From the NCBI RefSeq assembly GCF_001194135.2, contig NC_068985.1:87878147-87937420 (forward strand): DNA of 59,274 nucleotides, in the 5' to 3' direction. Made by a program: the position numbers and the translations under genes. Shown here piece after piece: positions 23,918 to 37,138 of the stretch; positions within the stretch are counted from its first letter, which is position 1, and each line of letters opens with the position of its first letter. The notes beneath the pieces were generated by a model. It made no database searches. It saw nothing but the letters and a program-made list of their open reading frames with translations, and was not told where the DNA came from. The DNA is from Octopus bimaculoides. Lineage: Eukaryota.

Positions 23918-24190
23918 TTATTTAAAAGCAACAGAAATATAACAAAAAAACCGTTACTCTGAGTTTCACGTTCCCGTTCATCGGACAGTTATGTTAGAAA
24001 TGGAGAAAGGATAACAATGCAATCGAAAGTAATATAAAATTTAAAACACGTGGATTCGTTTGATTGGTCGTTACAAATGACGGTCATGGATTGGTCGTTT
24101 CAATTAACGGTCATGGACGCGTAATGCACAGACCAAATAAATTTAATACAGATTCATCCTATTAAAAAAATATCGAAGAAAACCTTAAAT
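23918..24190 (-). mobile_element. Penelope-like terminal repeat (family P2) carrying a hammerhead motif and duplicated CCAAT units
   Basis: Abuts a (TA)n-edged gap. Contains the hammerhead at 23949-23990 and a 27-bp tandem duplication at 24062-24115. The Penelope assignment is inferred from ribozyme architecture. Confidence 0.55.
23949..23990 (-). ncRNA. Minimal type-I hammerhead ribozyme candidate (variant core CCGAUGA)
   Basis: AACUGU-CCGAUGA-ACG(GGAA)CGU-GAA-ACUC(A)GAGU-A|ACGGUU. Stem I 6 bp (1 GU), stem II 3 bp with GNRA loop, palindromic stem III, GUA cleavage triplet. Confidence 0.72.
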
Positions 24191-24364
24191 AGAAAAATGG
24201 GCTCAAAATACATTCCAATTCTACAAGAACACCAGCCCTTAAACATACACATACGCACATTTTCCATACACACACCGACACACACACACATATATATGCA
24301 TGTGTGTGTGTGCGTGTGTGTATGCATACATATATGTATGTATGTGTGTATGTATTTATGTATG

Positions 24365-24396
<32 letters not shown>

Positions 24397-24752
24397 NNNN
24401 NNNNNNCTGCCTATCACTGCATGTATGATATTGTAGTACAATCTCTCTCTCTCTCTACATATATATATATATATACACACAGATGGTGCATATGGCACAA
24501 CAGTGTTGTTTGGTCATTTGGCCCTGGGGCTGCCAGAACTGAATAGACGTTTGATCAAAGACATTCCAGTCATGTCTGTTAGGTTGTTTTACAGGTACCT
24601 AGGGTTATTTATCCAATGTGACCTTCCCTTTTCAAGTTGAGGGAGACTTAGATGCTATTTTTAGCAGGTTGAACAACCATGTAGTTTCCTAAGCTGTTTA
24701 GCAGATACTCTGTCACACTTTGAATCAAATATATACATAGGCATCAACATGT

Positions 24753-24815
<63 letters not shown>

Positions 24816-25670
24816 TATGATTATTTATGATTTATGATTATAAATGTTTTTTACCGAGCTACCCGGCAAAATTGTTAATTATTAATTTTATTACTAATTG
24901 ACGATTCCCTGCCCTGCATATATATATATATATATATACGCGCGTGTGGGGTAAAGAAGGAGTAAGTTAGTTATTTCATGATTAGAAATGATCATATTGA
25001 ATATAATGTTTCGGGCGTATATGATTGTTATATTTCAGATAAATATTATTATTTTGTTGATATCGTTTTCCATTCTAAAGATAATATTGTTCATATAAAT
25101 GCCATTCAAATAATTGTTTTCTCTTCACATGCAGTTTTATTTCGACTAACTTTATACGTGACAGCGTATTATCAATTTCCTTTCAGACATGCGCATTGTG
25201 AAATGCCTGTAGAGAAGGATGACGGTAAAAGAAGAACATTTTGTAGAAGGAATCTCACAGAGATAATATGATATGCTGTGCGAAAGAATTTTGTATAAAA
25301 TTTGGAAATGAGTGAATCAGATATATTATAAAGCTTCCGGCTAAACCAAAAGTAAAACATTGGATTCATAGCATAATTGAGTTCCGTCGTTTGAATTTGA
25401 TTTAGTAAGTAGATTTATTTATATTAAGATGCATTTAGTAAAACCCTGAGAACGTTTATTTAATGGCAACCACAAAATTGTAGGTAATAGGTATCATATA
25501 CTACATGTTAAGAAGAATAAGCCAATTTAAATACTCGTAAACAATAATAGGCAAAACCATTCAATATTTCTGAATTTTAAGCAAACATTAAGCATGTTTC
25601 TGCCTTAGCAAGACCTTAACTGGATGGCTGGATCTAATACCAAACGTACAGGGACTTCTGAATGTTCAAT

Positions 25671-26080
25671 GAGGTGCAGGTGTGGCTGTAGAGGTAAGGG
25701 ACTTCATTCGCAACCATCTGGTATTGGGTTCAGTTCCATTACGTGGCATCTTGGGGAAGTGTCGTCTGCTACCGCTCGGCGCCGACCGAAGACTTATGCA
25801 TGAATTTGATAGACGGAAATCTCGTCTTATAAACGTACATATAGCCATGCGTGCGTGCTTTGTGCTTGTATTATGTTCTCCACTCACCACTACCACCACT
25901 ACTCTTTGCCAACCGGTGTTGGTTTGCGTACGTCCCTCAATTTAGTTGTTAATCTTTAGAAACCGATAGAAGAAATATCAGTATTAAAATATAAGTTTTG
26001 GGCGTTATTTCTTCAGCTAATATTTCAAGACAACTACTCAGCATGGACCCAGTTTAACGAGGGACAAAATAAAACATAAC
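25671..26080 (+). mobile_element. SINE family A, full length, decayed
   Basis: GAGGTGCAGGTGTGGCTGTAGAGGTAAG..GGGTTCAGTTCC..CTTGGGGAAGTGTC..GACGGAAA..CCGGTGTTGGTTTGCGTACGTCCC..CAGCATGG. Confidence 0.85.
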
Positions 26081-26275
26081 ATTTGACATCAATCAGTGCA
26101 TGTTAAACGTCACACTGTTTGCATACAAAAAAGTATTCGTTGTAATATTATAAGATGAGAAAAACTAAATTTTCACTTCAGAAATTTGCTGCATATCGAA
26201 GAACAATCGGTGTATTGATTATTTTGGCACAGTATATCAAAGTGATGTAAAATAAATTAATAATTCCGTTGACAA

Positions 26276-26311
<36 letters not shown>

Positions 26312-26468
26312 NNNNNNNNNNNNNNNNNNNNNNNNNNNNNNNNNNNNNNNNNNNNNNNNNNNNNNNNNNNNNNNNNNNNNNNNNNNNNNNNNNNNNNNNN
26401 NNNNNNNNNNNNNNNNNNNNNNNNNNNNNNNNNNNNNNNNNNNNNNNNNNNNNNNNNNNNNNNNNNNN

Positions 26469-26502
<34 letters not shown>

Positions 26503-26624
26503 CTTACTTGGAAATGGATGCGTGGCGTTCGATCGTATAATAATATAAACAATATATAAATATATGCATATATACACGCATATATGTGCGTATCTGCATA
26601 TATCTGTATATATACACGCATATA

Positions 26625-27800
26625 TGGTTACAAGACGTCAAAAACACGTGAACAATGAGAAAGTAAGAGACATGAGAAAGCAAGTCATTAAAGTTTACAA
26701 GAGGGGAATTAGGGAGGTGTTCGATGCAAAATTAAATAGGGGATTATCATTAAAGCCGTTGATAAATGAACTATGCCTGTATTCAGATACTCTGCTCCCT
26801 TTCTGAAATAGTAAAAGACCAAGTTACAGAATTTGGATAGAGGAACTAGAAAGCTGCTCACGATGCATAATGGACGCCACGCTTGAAGCAATACCGAACC
26901 ATTCTACTTAACACAGAAGGAACTTAGCAGAGTATTTCTAAACGCAGAATACTGCGATTCTGGGCCTGGAAAACTATGCTGTGCGGAGTAAAAGTACTAT
27001 AGGTAACCAGAGATACCCAAAATGTGACCAAAGCAGTTGAAGAATCCAAAGAGAAAAGAGCAATAGAGCAAACAGATGCTAAGAGGTGGAATTACATGGC
27101 CATCTTATGCATCAATCGAGAATGCCTGAAGTAATGACCGCTGGCTCTAGTTAACGTATGGGAGACGAGAAACAGAAGCGTCAATTATAGCAGTTCAGTA
27201 ACAAGCCAGTAGAAAATAATCTAATAATGGCAAAGATCTACAAAACCCTGTCAGACAGCAAATATAGGATCTGTAAGAAAAGAGACGAACGTATCAATCG
27301 TCTCTTGAGAAAATGCAGTATACTAGTAGAAAAGGATTATTAATGTACACAAGCCTGCGTATGAAAATGAGCACACTGGTATGTTGGCCGAGTGCATAGC
27401 TTCAAAAGAAAAGGAAAATGGCATGAACACGAATGAGTGGCTGTGACAGAAATGAGCTCTTGTGGGATTTCCATATGAAGACTGACCATACTGTTGAAGC
27501 AAGAAGAGTGGATATGTCATAGAGGACAGAATATAAAAAAAGTCTAAAAGCCTAGATTTTGAAATTCACTATCATATCAGAGTGGAAACCAAAAATACTG
27601 AAAAGAAATGCGAAATATCAACATCTATCGAGAGATTAAGGAAACTGTAGAAGTCCAAGACAACAGCCATTAGTGTAGTAACTGGTGCCTTCAGCACAAG
27701 ATGGATAAAACCCATGTAAAATAGTGAAAGAAACTGCAATTGAATCAAGCATTGTCGTTCTGTACAGAAGTACTATTTTATTTTCTGCAACAATCGTAAA
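26625..27800 (+). mobile_element. R4/Dong-type LINE, decayed 3' half (RT thumb, CCHC knuckle region, RLE)
   Basis: KVYKRGIREVFDAKLNRG..LDRGTRKLLTMHNG..; ETEASIIAVQ; DSKYRICKKRDERIN..KC (cf. CRxC..ETIxHI..C); ..KTTAISVVTGAFST..VQKS. Confidence 0.8.
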
Positions 27801-30649
27801 AAAAAAAAAAAAAATTGTTGAGATTTGAGAAAACTTTTCTCACCAAACCTCAAGATAAATAACACTCCTACTAACTAAATTAGCATGCACTAAGCGTAAT
27901 ATTAATAACAGTAATAATGACGATGGTGATGATGACGATGATGATGATAATAATGATGATGATGATGATGATGATGATGTGTGTGTGTATGTGTGTGTGT
28001 NNNNNNNNNNNNNNNNNNNNNNNNNNNNNNNNNNNNNNNNNNNNNNNNNNNNNNNNNNNNNNNNNNNNNNNNNNNNNNNNNNNNNNNNNNNNNNNNNNNN
28101 NNNNNNNNNNNNNNNNNNNNNNNNNNNNNNNNNNNNNNNNNNNNNNNNNNNNNNNNNNNNNNNNNNNNNNNNNNNNNNNNNNNNNNNNNNNNNNNNNNNN
28201 NNNNNNNNNNNNNNNNNNNNNNNNNNNNNNNNNNNNNNNNNNNNNNNNNNNNNNNNNNNNNNNNNNNNNNNNNNNNNNNNNNNNNNNNNNNNNNNNNNNN
28301 NNNNNNNNNNNNNNNNNNNNNNNNNNNNNNNNNNNNNNNNNNNNNNNNNNNNNNNNNNNNNNNNNNNNNNNNNNNNNNNNNNNNNNNNNNNNNNNNNNNN
28401 NNNNNNNAAAGAAAAAAGGAGTTAAAATCTTTTTTTTCTCTTGAGTGTCTTTCTCATCATTTCTATATTGTAACTCAGTTGTTGAAGCTTACATTTTACT
28501 TGCAAATAAGTTCATTTCATGTCAACAAATATCTTCCTACAACAATTTGGGAATAGACGTAAGTGAAAAATATTAAAAAAGAAACAATATAAAAAGCGAC
28601 AGTAACACAGATATATTAATATTTAGTTTTCCTTTTATCTTTTCTTTCTTATCGCTATTTTATAATTTCGCTGTTTACCATATTTTATAGTGACATGAAT
28701 TATTCCTTATGACCAGATATGGATATTTTATTAAAATATGTCTCATTAAAATACCTGATAATTGCGATATTTCATTAAACAAAACAATAATGAAAATATA
28801 AATAATTTCTGAACGTCATAAAATTGTTTGAGTGACACAAGAAATGATATGATTTTGGATTAGATGTCGAGTATTCTTCAATTTTATTCATAGTCATTTC
28901 CAGATCAAATCCTCTCCATGTATGTTTATATATTAAGAGTGAATCTTTTCAGTGTTGATCCGTTTTTTTTATGCATGATAGTAAAATAAAGCATACTGTC
29001 GCTTTTTATATTGTTTCTTTTTTAATATTTTTCACTTACGTCTATTCCCAAAGTAACTGTTTTATTTTTTAAAGTCAAAATAACGAAAACAGACGATTAG
29101 TTACCATTAAATATCGACGGAAATAAAAACATATCGACAAATGAAAAAGAAAAATACTTAAATGACAAAGTTACTTTAGGTAATATAAGTATCAGGAAAC
29201 TTTTAGGAGGAGGAGGAGAAGAAAGAGGAAGAAGAGAAGTGGGGGTGATGATGACGAATTTTTTACTCTGACTGGCTTGACAATAGTAACAGTCAATGAA
29301 TTACTGTAACCTAGCATAACCAATTACTTTGTGTCTGGTACCGTTAAGTATCTACTGGTACCTTTGAAAGTTTTGCCTCTTGTTAGATTTGCAATAATAT
29401 TCTATTATTTAACATTTATTACTGAACAAAACTTGCATGTCTAGCAAGAGTTTTAGAGTTGAACTACATTTAGAATCAGATACAGACAGTATATAAAAAA
29501 AATTCTATGATATAAAACAGTTCAAATCTATTGAAAGTCAGTCAGTAAAAATGCTAAAAATGAGGTTGCTCATAGCATAGAACGAAGTCTAGCTGGCTGG
29601 TTATATACAATAAACGTGTAACTGTTTATTTGAAAACTCTTTCTAGACATGCAAGAATGAGCTGCTTATTTTTGGTGTTATTAAAAATTTGATTTATTTG
29701 AATGTTTCTTGTACAAAAGATTTGCTTGAGGTAGCTGACGACCTTTAATTTTCAATGCCTTTCTCCTAGTCCAGTAGAAAATACAGTGATTTAACCCTTG
29801 CGAGGCTTGGTTGGTTTGCTCATTCGATTGGTTATTTCTATATAACTATTCACTCTTTAAGGTACTTCTGAAAAGGTAGTCTTCATATCATAATTCGAAA
29901 AAATACATTGAATGTAGTGGTTTCTCGTCGCCCTATCTCTCTCCCTCTCTCTATGTCTCTCTGTCTCTCTGTCTCTCTGTCTCTCTGTCTCTTTGTTTCT
30001 CTCTCTCTCTGCAACCAGAGAAAGAATTCAACGATAGCCATGCAAACAGATAAAATACTCACCCAATGAATTCATTAAACGATACGTACTGGAGTGACAT
30101 CACTACACAAGGGCCGAGCATACGAAGGGCGCTCTAGCCTAGTGTTTCCTACCAGAATTTTTACCATTCCATAGGAGGTGTTTGGAAATATGAGGTCATG
30201 TGGTGAATGGAATTATAATACAGGAGACGTTTAGAGGTTACACGAGTAGGTGAGCAAATTTATATATCATCCTTATAAAAATAAGTGCAACACTTGATCA
30301 ACGGATAATGGTGCTAAATTTGATTGTCTCAATTCACTTAATTATTTTTAATTTTAAAAGTGTTTAATTTAAAAAGAATTGTACGGATGCCTCAGCAGGG
30401 TGCAGTCCATGCTCTAAAACTCGAAGATATTTTACCTAGATCTGATTTGTTTCTCCTTGTGGTGACGCGTATTTAAAAAAAAGACAGTCTAGTTTTGGTA
30501 CATCAGCTTAAGAAACGTCCGCATCGCCGTGAGCTTTTACTTGATATTTTTTTTATTTAAACAAATAGAGTTCTTCGTTCTTCGTCTGATAACGAACCTT
30601 CTGTTTCAAGGAATATGAGCATATTGGTTCTATTCTCTTTCACAAATTA

Positions 30650-31290
30650 AATGCATAGATTTTGACATAAGTTCGTTGAGTTTTATTGTAATTGCCTTGT
30701 ACAACTATGATTGCCTTGAACGAAATGTTTTTAGGAGCATATTTTAAGCCGATTTCTAGTCAGCTTTATAGGAGTCCAGGCTGGATAAAGTGCGGATGCT
30801 TCTAGTGGGATATACATTTCTGAATAGCTATGGATCATGAATAGTTGGACCTATTGTAGTCTGAGTAAATTGTTGATGACATCTTCACATCGTGAATGAG
30901 TTTTATGTAATTGGGAAAAGAGATGCTTGAGATATTGCTGTTTCTCATCAAGTCCAGGATTCTCTTCTTTACGTGTCATACCTGAGATTAGGCAGCCTTC
31001 CAGTCATTTGATACTGGGTAAATGGAAGTCGCCCAACAAACGAACATTGATGTGTTAATCTAGTTTTGTTAGTACTTCTTGCTTCTTTGCACAGCTTTCT
31101 TTAAATTTACCATCTTGATTTGAGGTATCAGGAAGACAACATGATGTATACAAATATGTACCGTATGATGTACTCGCTCAATGATGAACTGATTATAGCC
31201 GTTCGTTACTAGACAGCAACGACACCACTTTGCTTTCTACATGCAGTTCAGTCGGAGTTTTTGGTAGCAAAACAACCTGAGCACATATTG
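30650..31290 (-). mobile_element. CR1-type LINE apurinic-endonuclease fragment
   Basis: VRLLGDFHLPSIK*LEGCLISGMTRKE (cf. CR1 'LGDFNLPxIxW'), with flanking decayed APE-like sequence. Confidence 0.65.
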
Positions 31291-31419
31291 TATATGCCTA
31301 TTACATGACGTCATGAGACACACTTTTAACTCCAGTGTATGTATCTATATATATATATATATATATGTGTATATATATATATATATATANNNNNNNNNNA
31401 TATATGTATATATATATAT

Positions 31420-31458
<39 letters not shown>

Positions 31459-32084
31459 CACAGACACACATACACACAGACAGATAGACGGATAGAGAAA
31501 CTTATACACATATTCTCCACGGGTCTGCTGTATGCTACATTTCCACAAGTTATTGCCCCTGCAGCAGTGTTAGAAACAGTCATCATTCATTTATGTCCAA
31601 CACAAGATAGACCAGCATTTTCTGCTCACAAACTTGCCACTTCTGTAGTCGATTTCTTTAACCAGTTTTTCATCCTAAATTCCCTTTGCATCGGAGACGA
31701 AATACAGAAAAGTAGTCTTGTATGCAATGACATTTATTACCTTATATGTATGTACTTTTATCTTTGAAAATCATTGCCTTAAAAGAGAATCATTCTGACC
31801 TGAACAATAATAAATAATAATGAAACATAACAAAGAATCTTTCATTGTAACACGAAGTTTCCCTTAAAAACTAAGTTTCTCCCCAGAGTGAAATTTTCTT
31901 CAGCTTAAGATTTGCGCAAAGAGATCATTGTATAAAAGAGAAGAAAAGATTTTTATTGAAAGTATGAAACCTTGCGGGAATTTAGTGTCTTGAGAGAGGG
32001 CCGATAAAGTAATTACGAAATATTGCCAATATCTTTAAGCTTTTGACATTGCAAAGAACATATTATATGTTAAAAGTGTTTAGC

Positions 32085-32530
32085 TGAAGCTGGTGATTTG
32101 GCAGAATTGCTAAGAATCTAAAAATTTGATAGAATATCATTTCCAGCTCCTTACACTCTTTATACTCAAATTACACTAAAGTCAACTTTATCTTTCATCC
32201 AGGGTAGGTAAAATACACTACCTGTCAAGTACTGAGACTAGTGATAGCAATTAAGCGTATCCACTCAAAACCGCTGTCTTTGTGCCTAAATCAGAAACCT
32301 TTATTACAGTGGTGCTTTAAAGTCGTGCTTTGTCAGACATGGTAGAGTCCCAGGCAACATAACTTATTACCTTTCTTAGCGCTCGTTCTGTGTTCAGATA
32401 CCTCTGAGTTTAACTCCATCGCAACCAACGTTTACTTTCATTCCTTTGAGATCGATAAACTAAAGTACCAGACTAATACTTTGGGCGACTCAATCGATTA
32501 ATTTTTGTCCACCAAAATTGGGACAATAAA
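32085..32530 (+). mobile_element. Two tandem degenerate SINE family B copies
   Basis: GAAGCTGGTGATTTGGCAGAATTGCTAAG..TCAACTTTATCTTTCATCC and GGTAGAGTC..GTTCAGATACC..TTTACTTTCATTCCTTT..GATAAACTAAAGTACCAG. Confidence 0.65.
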
Positions 32531-33149
32531 TCTATGTTAAATTCTGTTGGTAGAATCAGTAGAGCATCTTCTTTTGTATAATCGGTGCGACCTTAATATA
32601 TAGAGGGTGTGTAAATGTGAAAGAATCAAATTATGTTTTTGTAATGTGAAGACATTGAAAGGAGGACTATACGCAATATCTACATTTCGAGTGACCACTC
32701 TACTACTACTACTACTACTACAACTACTACCAGTAGTGGTGGTTCGCTTCGTAATCATAATGCTCCATGTTCGATTACATACGTAGCATCTTGGGCAGGT
32801 ACATTGCACGATAGAATGAGATCCACATAAGCCTTGCTTGTGTTTGGAAGCCCGTTACAGAAATCCACCTAATTATTCAGCATCCAGCTTTTTTCGCATT
32901 CTCTCATAATGATTCCCTCGGAACAAGTTGCATCTTTATTGCTGTTTATACCGGTAGTTGGTGTTAACTGTAATGTATTTTTCGAACGCATCTCTCTGCC
33001 TAAGATACGAGCACGTCCCTTGTTAATCCACACGATGATTATATACATTGTAACGATTCCATTTAATATTGAAGCGTTTGGTGTTCTTATTCGTGCCAGG
33101 TACCATGTTGGTATTTTCATTTGACATGCTTATCAATGATATGACTGTT

Positions 33150-33312
33150 GTTTCTGATAGGACATGAGGAATCTAACCCCACAACACTCGTAGAGATGGT
33201 GGGCGAGGAAATTAATTCAATGGAATTTGAACTCCCAACGTAAAAGACGGTTAGAATACTGCAAAGCATTTTGTCCGGCGCGCTACCGATTCTGTCAGCC
33301 GGCCGCCTTTTG
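33150..33312 (-). mobile_element. SINE family B, head portion
   Basis: rc AAGGCGGCCGGCTGACAGAATCGGTAGCGCGCCGGACAAAATGCTT..GGGAGTTCAAATTCC. Confidence 0.8.
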
Positions 33313-34089
33313 GATGGATAATATTCTCACGACATATGTTATTGAATGGTTTATTTCTTAGGATAGCAGAGAATGATTTAGCTCATTGTTATCGTTGTTG
33401 TTGTTGTTGTTGTTGTTGTTTATCTCTCTATAGAAACTGACTGGGAATATCTCACATCAAAAGAATTCCACCCATGACCAATACACCTCTCACGTATTAT
33501 CTATGGAAGACAGCGTTATGGAAATATCCTCTCATTCTACTGTATTTCTTTTTCAAGATTGCTGGTTGATATGAATGGAGTTAGGCTGCGTGTTTTAGTA
33601 AGTCAAGTATTCATAGAGAGGTACCACCATCAACACAATAATTTACTGATATCACAGTATGTATTTATTTATTTACCTCCTTGTAAAAGAAATATTGTTA
33701 ACATTGTGTGAACGATGTGAAGATAAAAATAATGTGTTAGCGTTGGGATTAAGTATATACTTAATGTAAATTTAAGATAGAAATTTTACCAAAATAATCA
33801 CTGAATGATGGAAAGAGCTACAATAACACTGATAATGATCTTAATCAGGTTGGTTGACGCATATTATGATTGAACAGAGCATTAAAGAACTATTTTTGCA
33901 GTCATACTAGGTTACTGTTTACGTGTATATATGTCGGAGTGCATGCGTATGCGTTAGCATGGATGTGTTCTAAGATTAATGGCAGGTGTTTGTTTTTAAA
34001 CTATTCCTTCTGTAACAAATTTTATCTCATGTCTTGGCATTACCGTCGAGTCTCTTACTGTAGCTTTGGGTTTATTTGAGGGGTTAACG

Positions 34090-34325
34090 CAGAGTATTGG
34101 CAGAATCGATGCTACAACAGGCGAATTTCTTGGAGGTGTTTCGTCCGTCTTTAAGTTCTGAGTTCAAATTCCTCCGAGGTCGACTTTACCTTTCATCTTT
34201 TCGGAGTCGATGAAATAAGTACGAGTCGAGTACTGAATCGATGTAATCGGCTTACAACTTATCCCGAAATTGCTGAAATCAATAATTTGGGAGTGCAATT
34301 GTGTTGATCGAAGCCGTACGTAAAA
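34090..34325 (+). mobile_element. SINE family B
   Basis: TTGGCAGAATCG..TTCTGAGTTCAAATTCCTCCGAGGTCGACTTTACCTTTCATC..GTCGATGAAATAAGTAC..TCGATGTAATCG. Confidence 0.88.
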
Positions 34326-35199
34326 CTCGCCAGTCTCTTACACACACACACACACACGCACACACTAACATACATATTCACACATGTTGAGCATGCCACA
34401 GATAGATTTGGTCTTAAGATGGCGGAGTGTGATTTGGAAGAAATGTGACTGCTATTTCTTATTTCTTGTTGGCTGAGCCACTGCAAAAGGGCTTACCCAT
34501 ATTGGACTCGAATAAATCATGAGAGTATCATATAAATGACACGTGTCTATTTATTTGCAATGATCCATTTGTATCCTATCAGGAATATTTTCATAGAAGA
34601 ATGGATGGATTCTGCTAGGCAGATTTATCTTAGTTACGCTGATAAGCTTTTATTTAGAAAGATCAAACAATAAAATATTTCCAACAGCAGCATATTTAAG
34701 TGTATTCATTCTATTGTGATGTTAGGGTGACATTTATTAAATCTCATTCGAGACAATTTGCCTAACAGAAAGTTGCTACATATTAATTCCACTGCACCAT
34801 GTACCAAAGGCCATAACATAACTTTCTTACTAATCCAAATCCATTAGGATCTATTATATTTCATTGGCCTTCGGTAATATAAGGAAATCATAACTTCCAT
34901 TATTTCCCTCTCTATTAACCCCAAGCATTATTCCTATTTAAGAAATCAATATTTGTATAGAAATTTATTCTGTTATGGAAAGATTCCCTTCTATTCATAT
35001 TTGAGATGTTTTATAACCGCCGTTTACAGATGTTGCGTTGCATTTGTTGCTGTTGTTGTTGTTACTGTCACTGTTCTCTAAAGTGTTGAAAGCAAACAAC
35101 GAGTTATTTCTGTTCACACCCACACAACGAATTAACCAGTTAATAAGTACCTTCTGGGTAAACTAGGGGTCAAAGAAGTAAGAGGTTCGTCAATGTTCT

Positions 35200-35500
35200 G
35201 ATACGAAGGGATTAAACGTGTGAAGTATTCCGCATGGGAAAACGGTGAATCAGGAGGTTATGAAAAAGGTGCGTATGGGATGTTATTGGGGCATTTTAAT
35301 ATGCTGACACCATGAAAAAAGAGTCATAGAGATGCTATTACCAGAGACTGTTGGATGGGAAGAATGCGAGGGAGAGTGACAGAAAAAGTCTTCTTGGGGA
35401 AGAATCGACTGAAAGGCCAGCAATTGAAGTTGACAGTTATTCAGTGAACATTAAGATTAAAAACAGATACAAGAAAAGCAAGTGGCCATTCAGGAAGAAT
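35200..35500 (+). mobile_element. Possible degenerate RTE-type LINE 3' end
   Basis: SIPHGKTVNQEVMKKV..LLGHF.. resembles RTE C-terminal 'ISW..KVTNEEVL..FLGH'. Heavily decayed. Confidence 0.4.
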
Positions 35501-35562
35501 TGGTGAGTTGCTGTAATCCGCAATAGATATCACATCTTTATATCAACGCAATATACACATTT

Positions 35563-35810
35563 GCGTGTAAAGGACGTGGCTTATTCGTTAGTATATTTGA
35601 CTAAGTATCTTACGGACGTCAGTTCGATTCTCGGTGGTGCGTTTTGTCCTTGGGCAAGACACTTTATTTCACATTACCCTAGTCCATTCAGTGAGCAAAA
35701 ACGAATAGTACTCGTAATTAAGAGGACAACCGTGTCTCATTCTGCGTCACGCTGAATCTCCCTGAGGACAACACTTAGGGTACGGGTGTTGATGGGGTCC
35801 TTATCCATGT
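35563..35810 (+). mobile_element. SINE family C (tRNA head plus CORE-like domain)
   Basis: GGACGTGGCTTATTCGTTAG..GTTCGATTCTC..TTGTCCTTGGGCAAGACACTTTATTTCAC..CACGCTGAATCTCCCTGAG. Confidence 0.82.
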
Positions 35811-36161
35811 GTATATATATATATATATATATNNNNNNNNNNNNNNNNNNNNNNNNNNNNNNNNNNNNNNNNNNNNNNNNNNNNNNNNNNNNNNNNNNNN
35901 NNNNNNNNNNNNNNNNNNNNNNNNNNNNNNNNNNNNNNNNNNNNNNNNNNNNNNNNNNNNNNNNNNNNNNNNNNNNNNNNNNNNNNNNNNNNNNNNNNNN
36001 NNNNNNNNNNNNNNNNNNNNNNNNNNNNNNNNNNNNNNNNNNNNNNNNNNNNNNNNNNNNNNNNNNNNNNNNNNNNNNNNNNNNNNNNNNNNNNNNNNNN
36101 NNNNNNNNNNNNNNNNNNNNNNNNNNNNNNNNNNNNNNNNNNNNNNNNNNNNNNNNNNNNN

Positions 36162-36192
<31 letters not shown>

Positions 36193-36244
36193 CTTGTGTG
36201 TATGCCACACTTTTCGCAAACGGAGTAATTAATTCTATTATTAT

Positions 36245-36440
36245 CTTCGGTGGACGAAATGTTTCGCAGTATCTCGCTCGTTGTTACGTTCTGAGTGCAA
36301 ATTCCTCCCAAGTCGACTTTGCATTTCATCCTTTCGTGGGTCGATAAATTAAGTACCCGTTGCCTACTTGGATCGATCTAATATACTGGTATTATATCCC
36401 CTAAAACCTCAGGCCTTGTACCTATAGTAGAAATGGTTAT
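36245..36440 (+). mobile_element. SINE family B
   Basis: CGTTCTGAGTGCAAATTCC..GTCGACTTTGCATTTCATCCTTTCGTGGGTCGATAAATTAAGTACC..GATCGATCTAAT..GGCCTTGTACCTATAGTAGAAATGGTTATT. Confidence 0.88.
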
Positions 36441-37138
36441 TATCATGGCTGGTGCCGTTATTAACGGATGTACATTATAACTTATTTTCCATTATTTGAT
36501 GTTCAATTGTTACTATCTTGATATATATTTATTGTCAGAGCATCGAGGGTGTTATGTACTTGATTTTATTTTGGTAAAAGAACAATGAATACATATTATT
36601 CCGCATATAATTATATCGCCACTGAATACATACGCAGGGATTATATATGCTGAACGGAATCAAATATCAGATGGATCTGAACGCAGCTGTTGGAAGGCTG
36701 AGTTACCTTTCAATTAAATAATTAAATATTTTAGTAATTAATCAATTAATCTAGTAATAATAAATTCTTATTGAGACAGGTACCGTAACGGCATATATGC
36801 TGTATTAATCTTGGGGATACTTTAGTTTCATCAAGCTATTATTCATTACAAATAGAATTTAATGGTTAATCCACAATCCACAATCCATAATACATATGCA
36901 TAATTCTTCACATAATCCCCAACAATATTTGTAAATTTTATAGAAATCATTAGGTTCCTGAAAGAGATCATTGTCCTACGAATAAAACCGACTAATCTCT
37001 TTTATATAACCTTATGTTAGTTAATGAAATATGTAATCTTGATATTATAATAGTATTTGTCAAACCAAATACACTAAACATTAGATATTTGTTGTTGATT
37101 TGGAACTAGATTTCGGTTAAATATTTATAATGTAAAAG

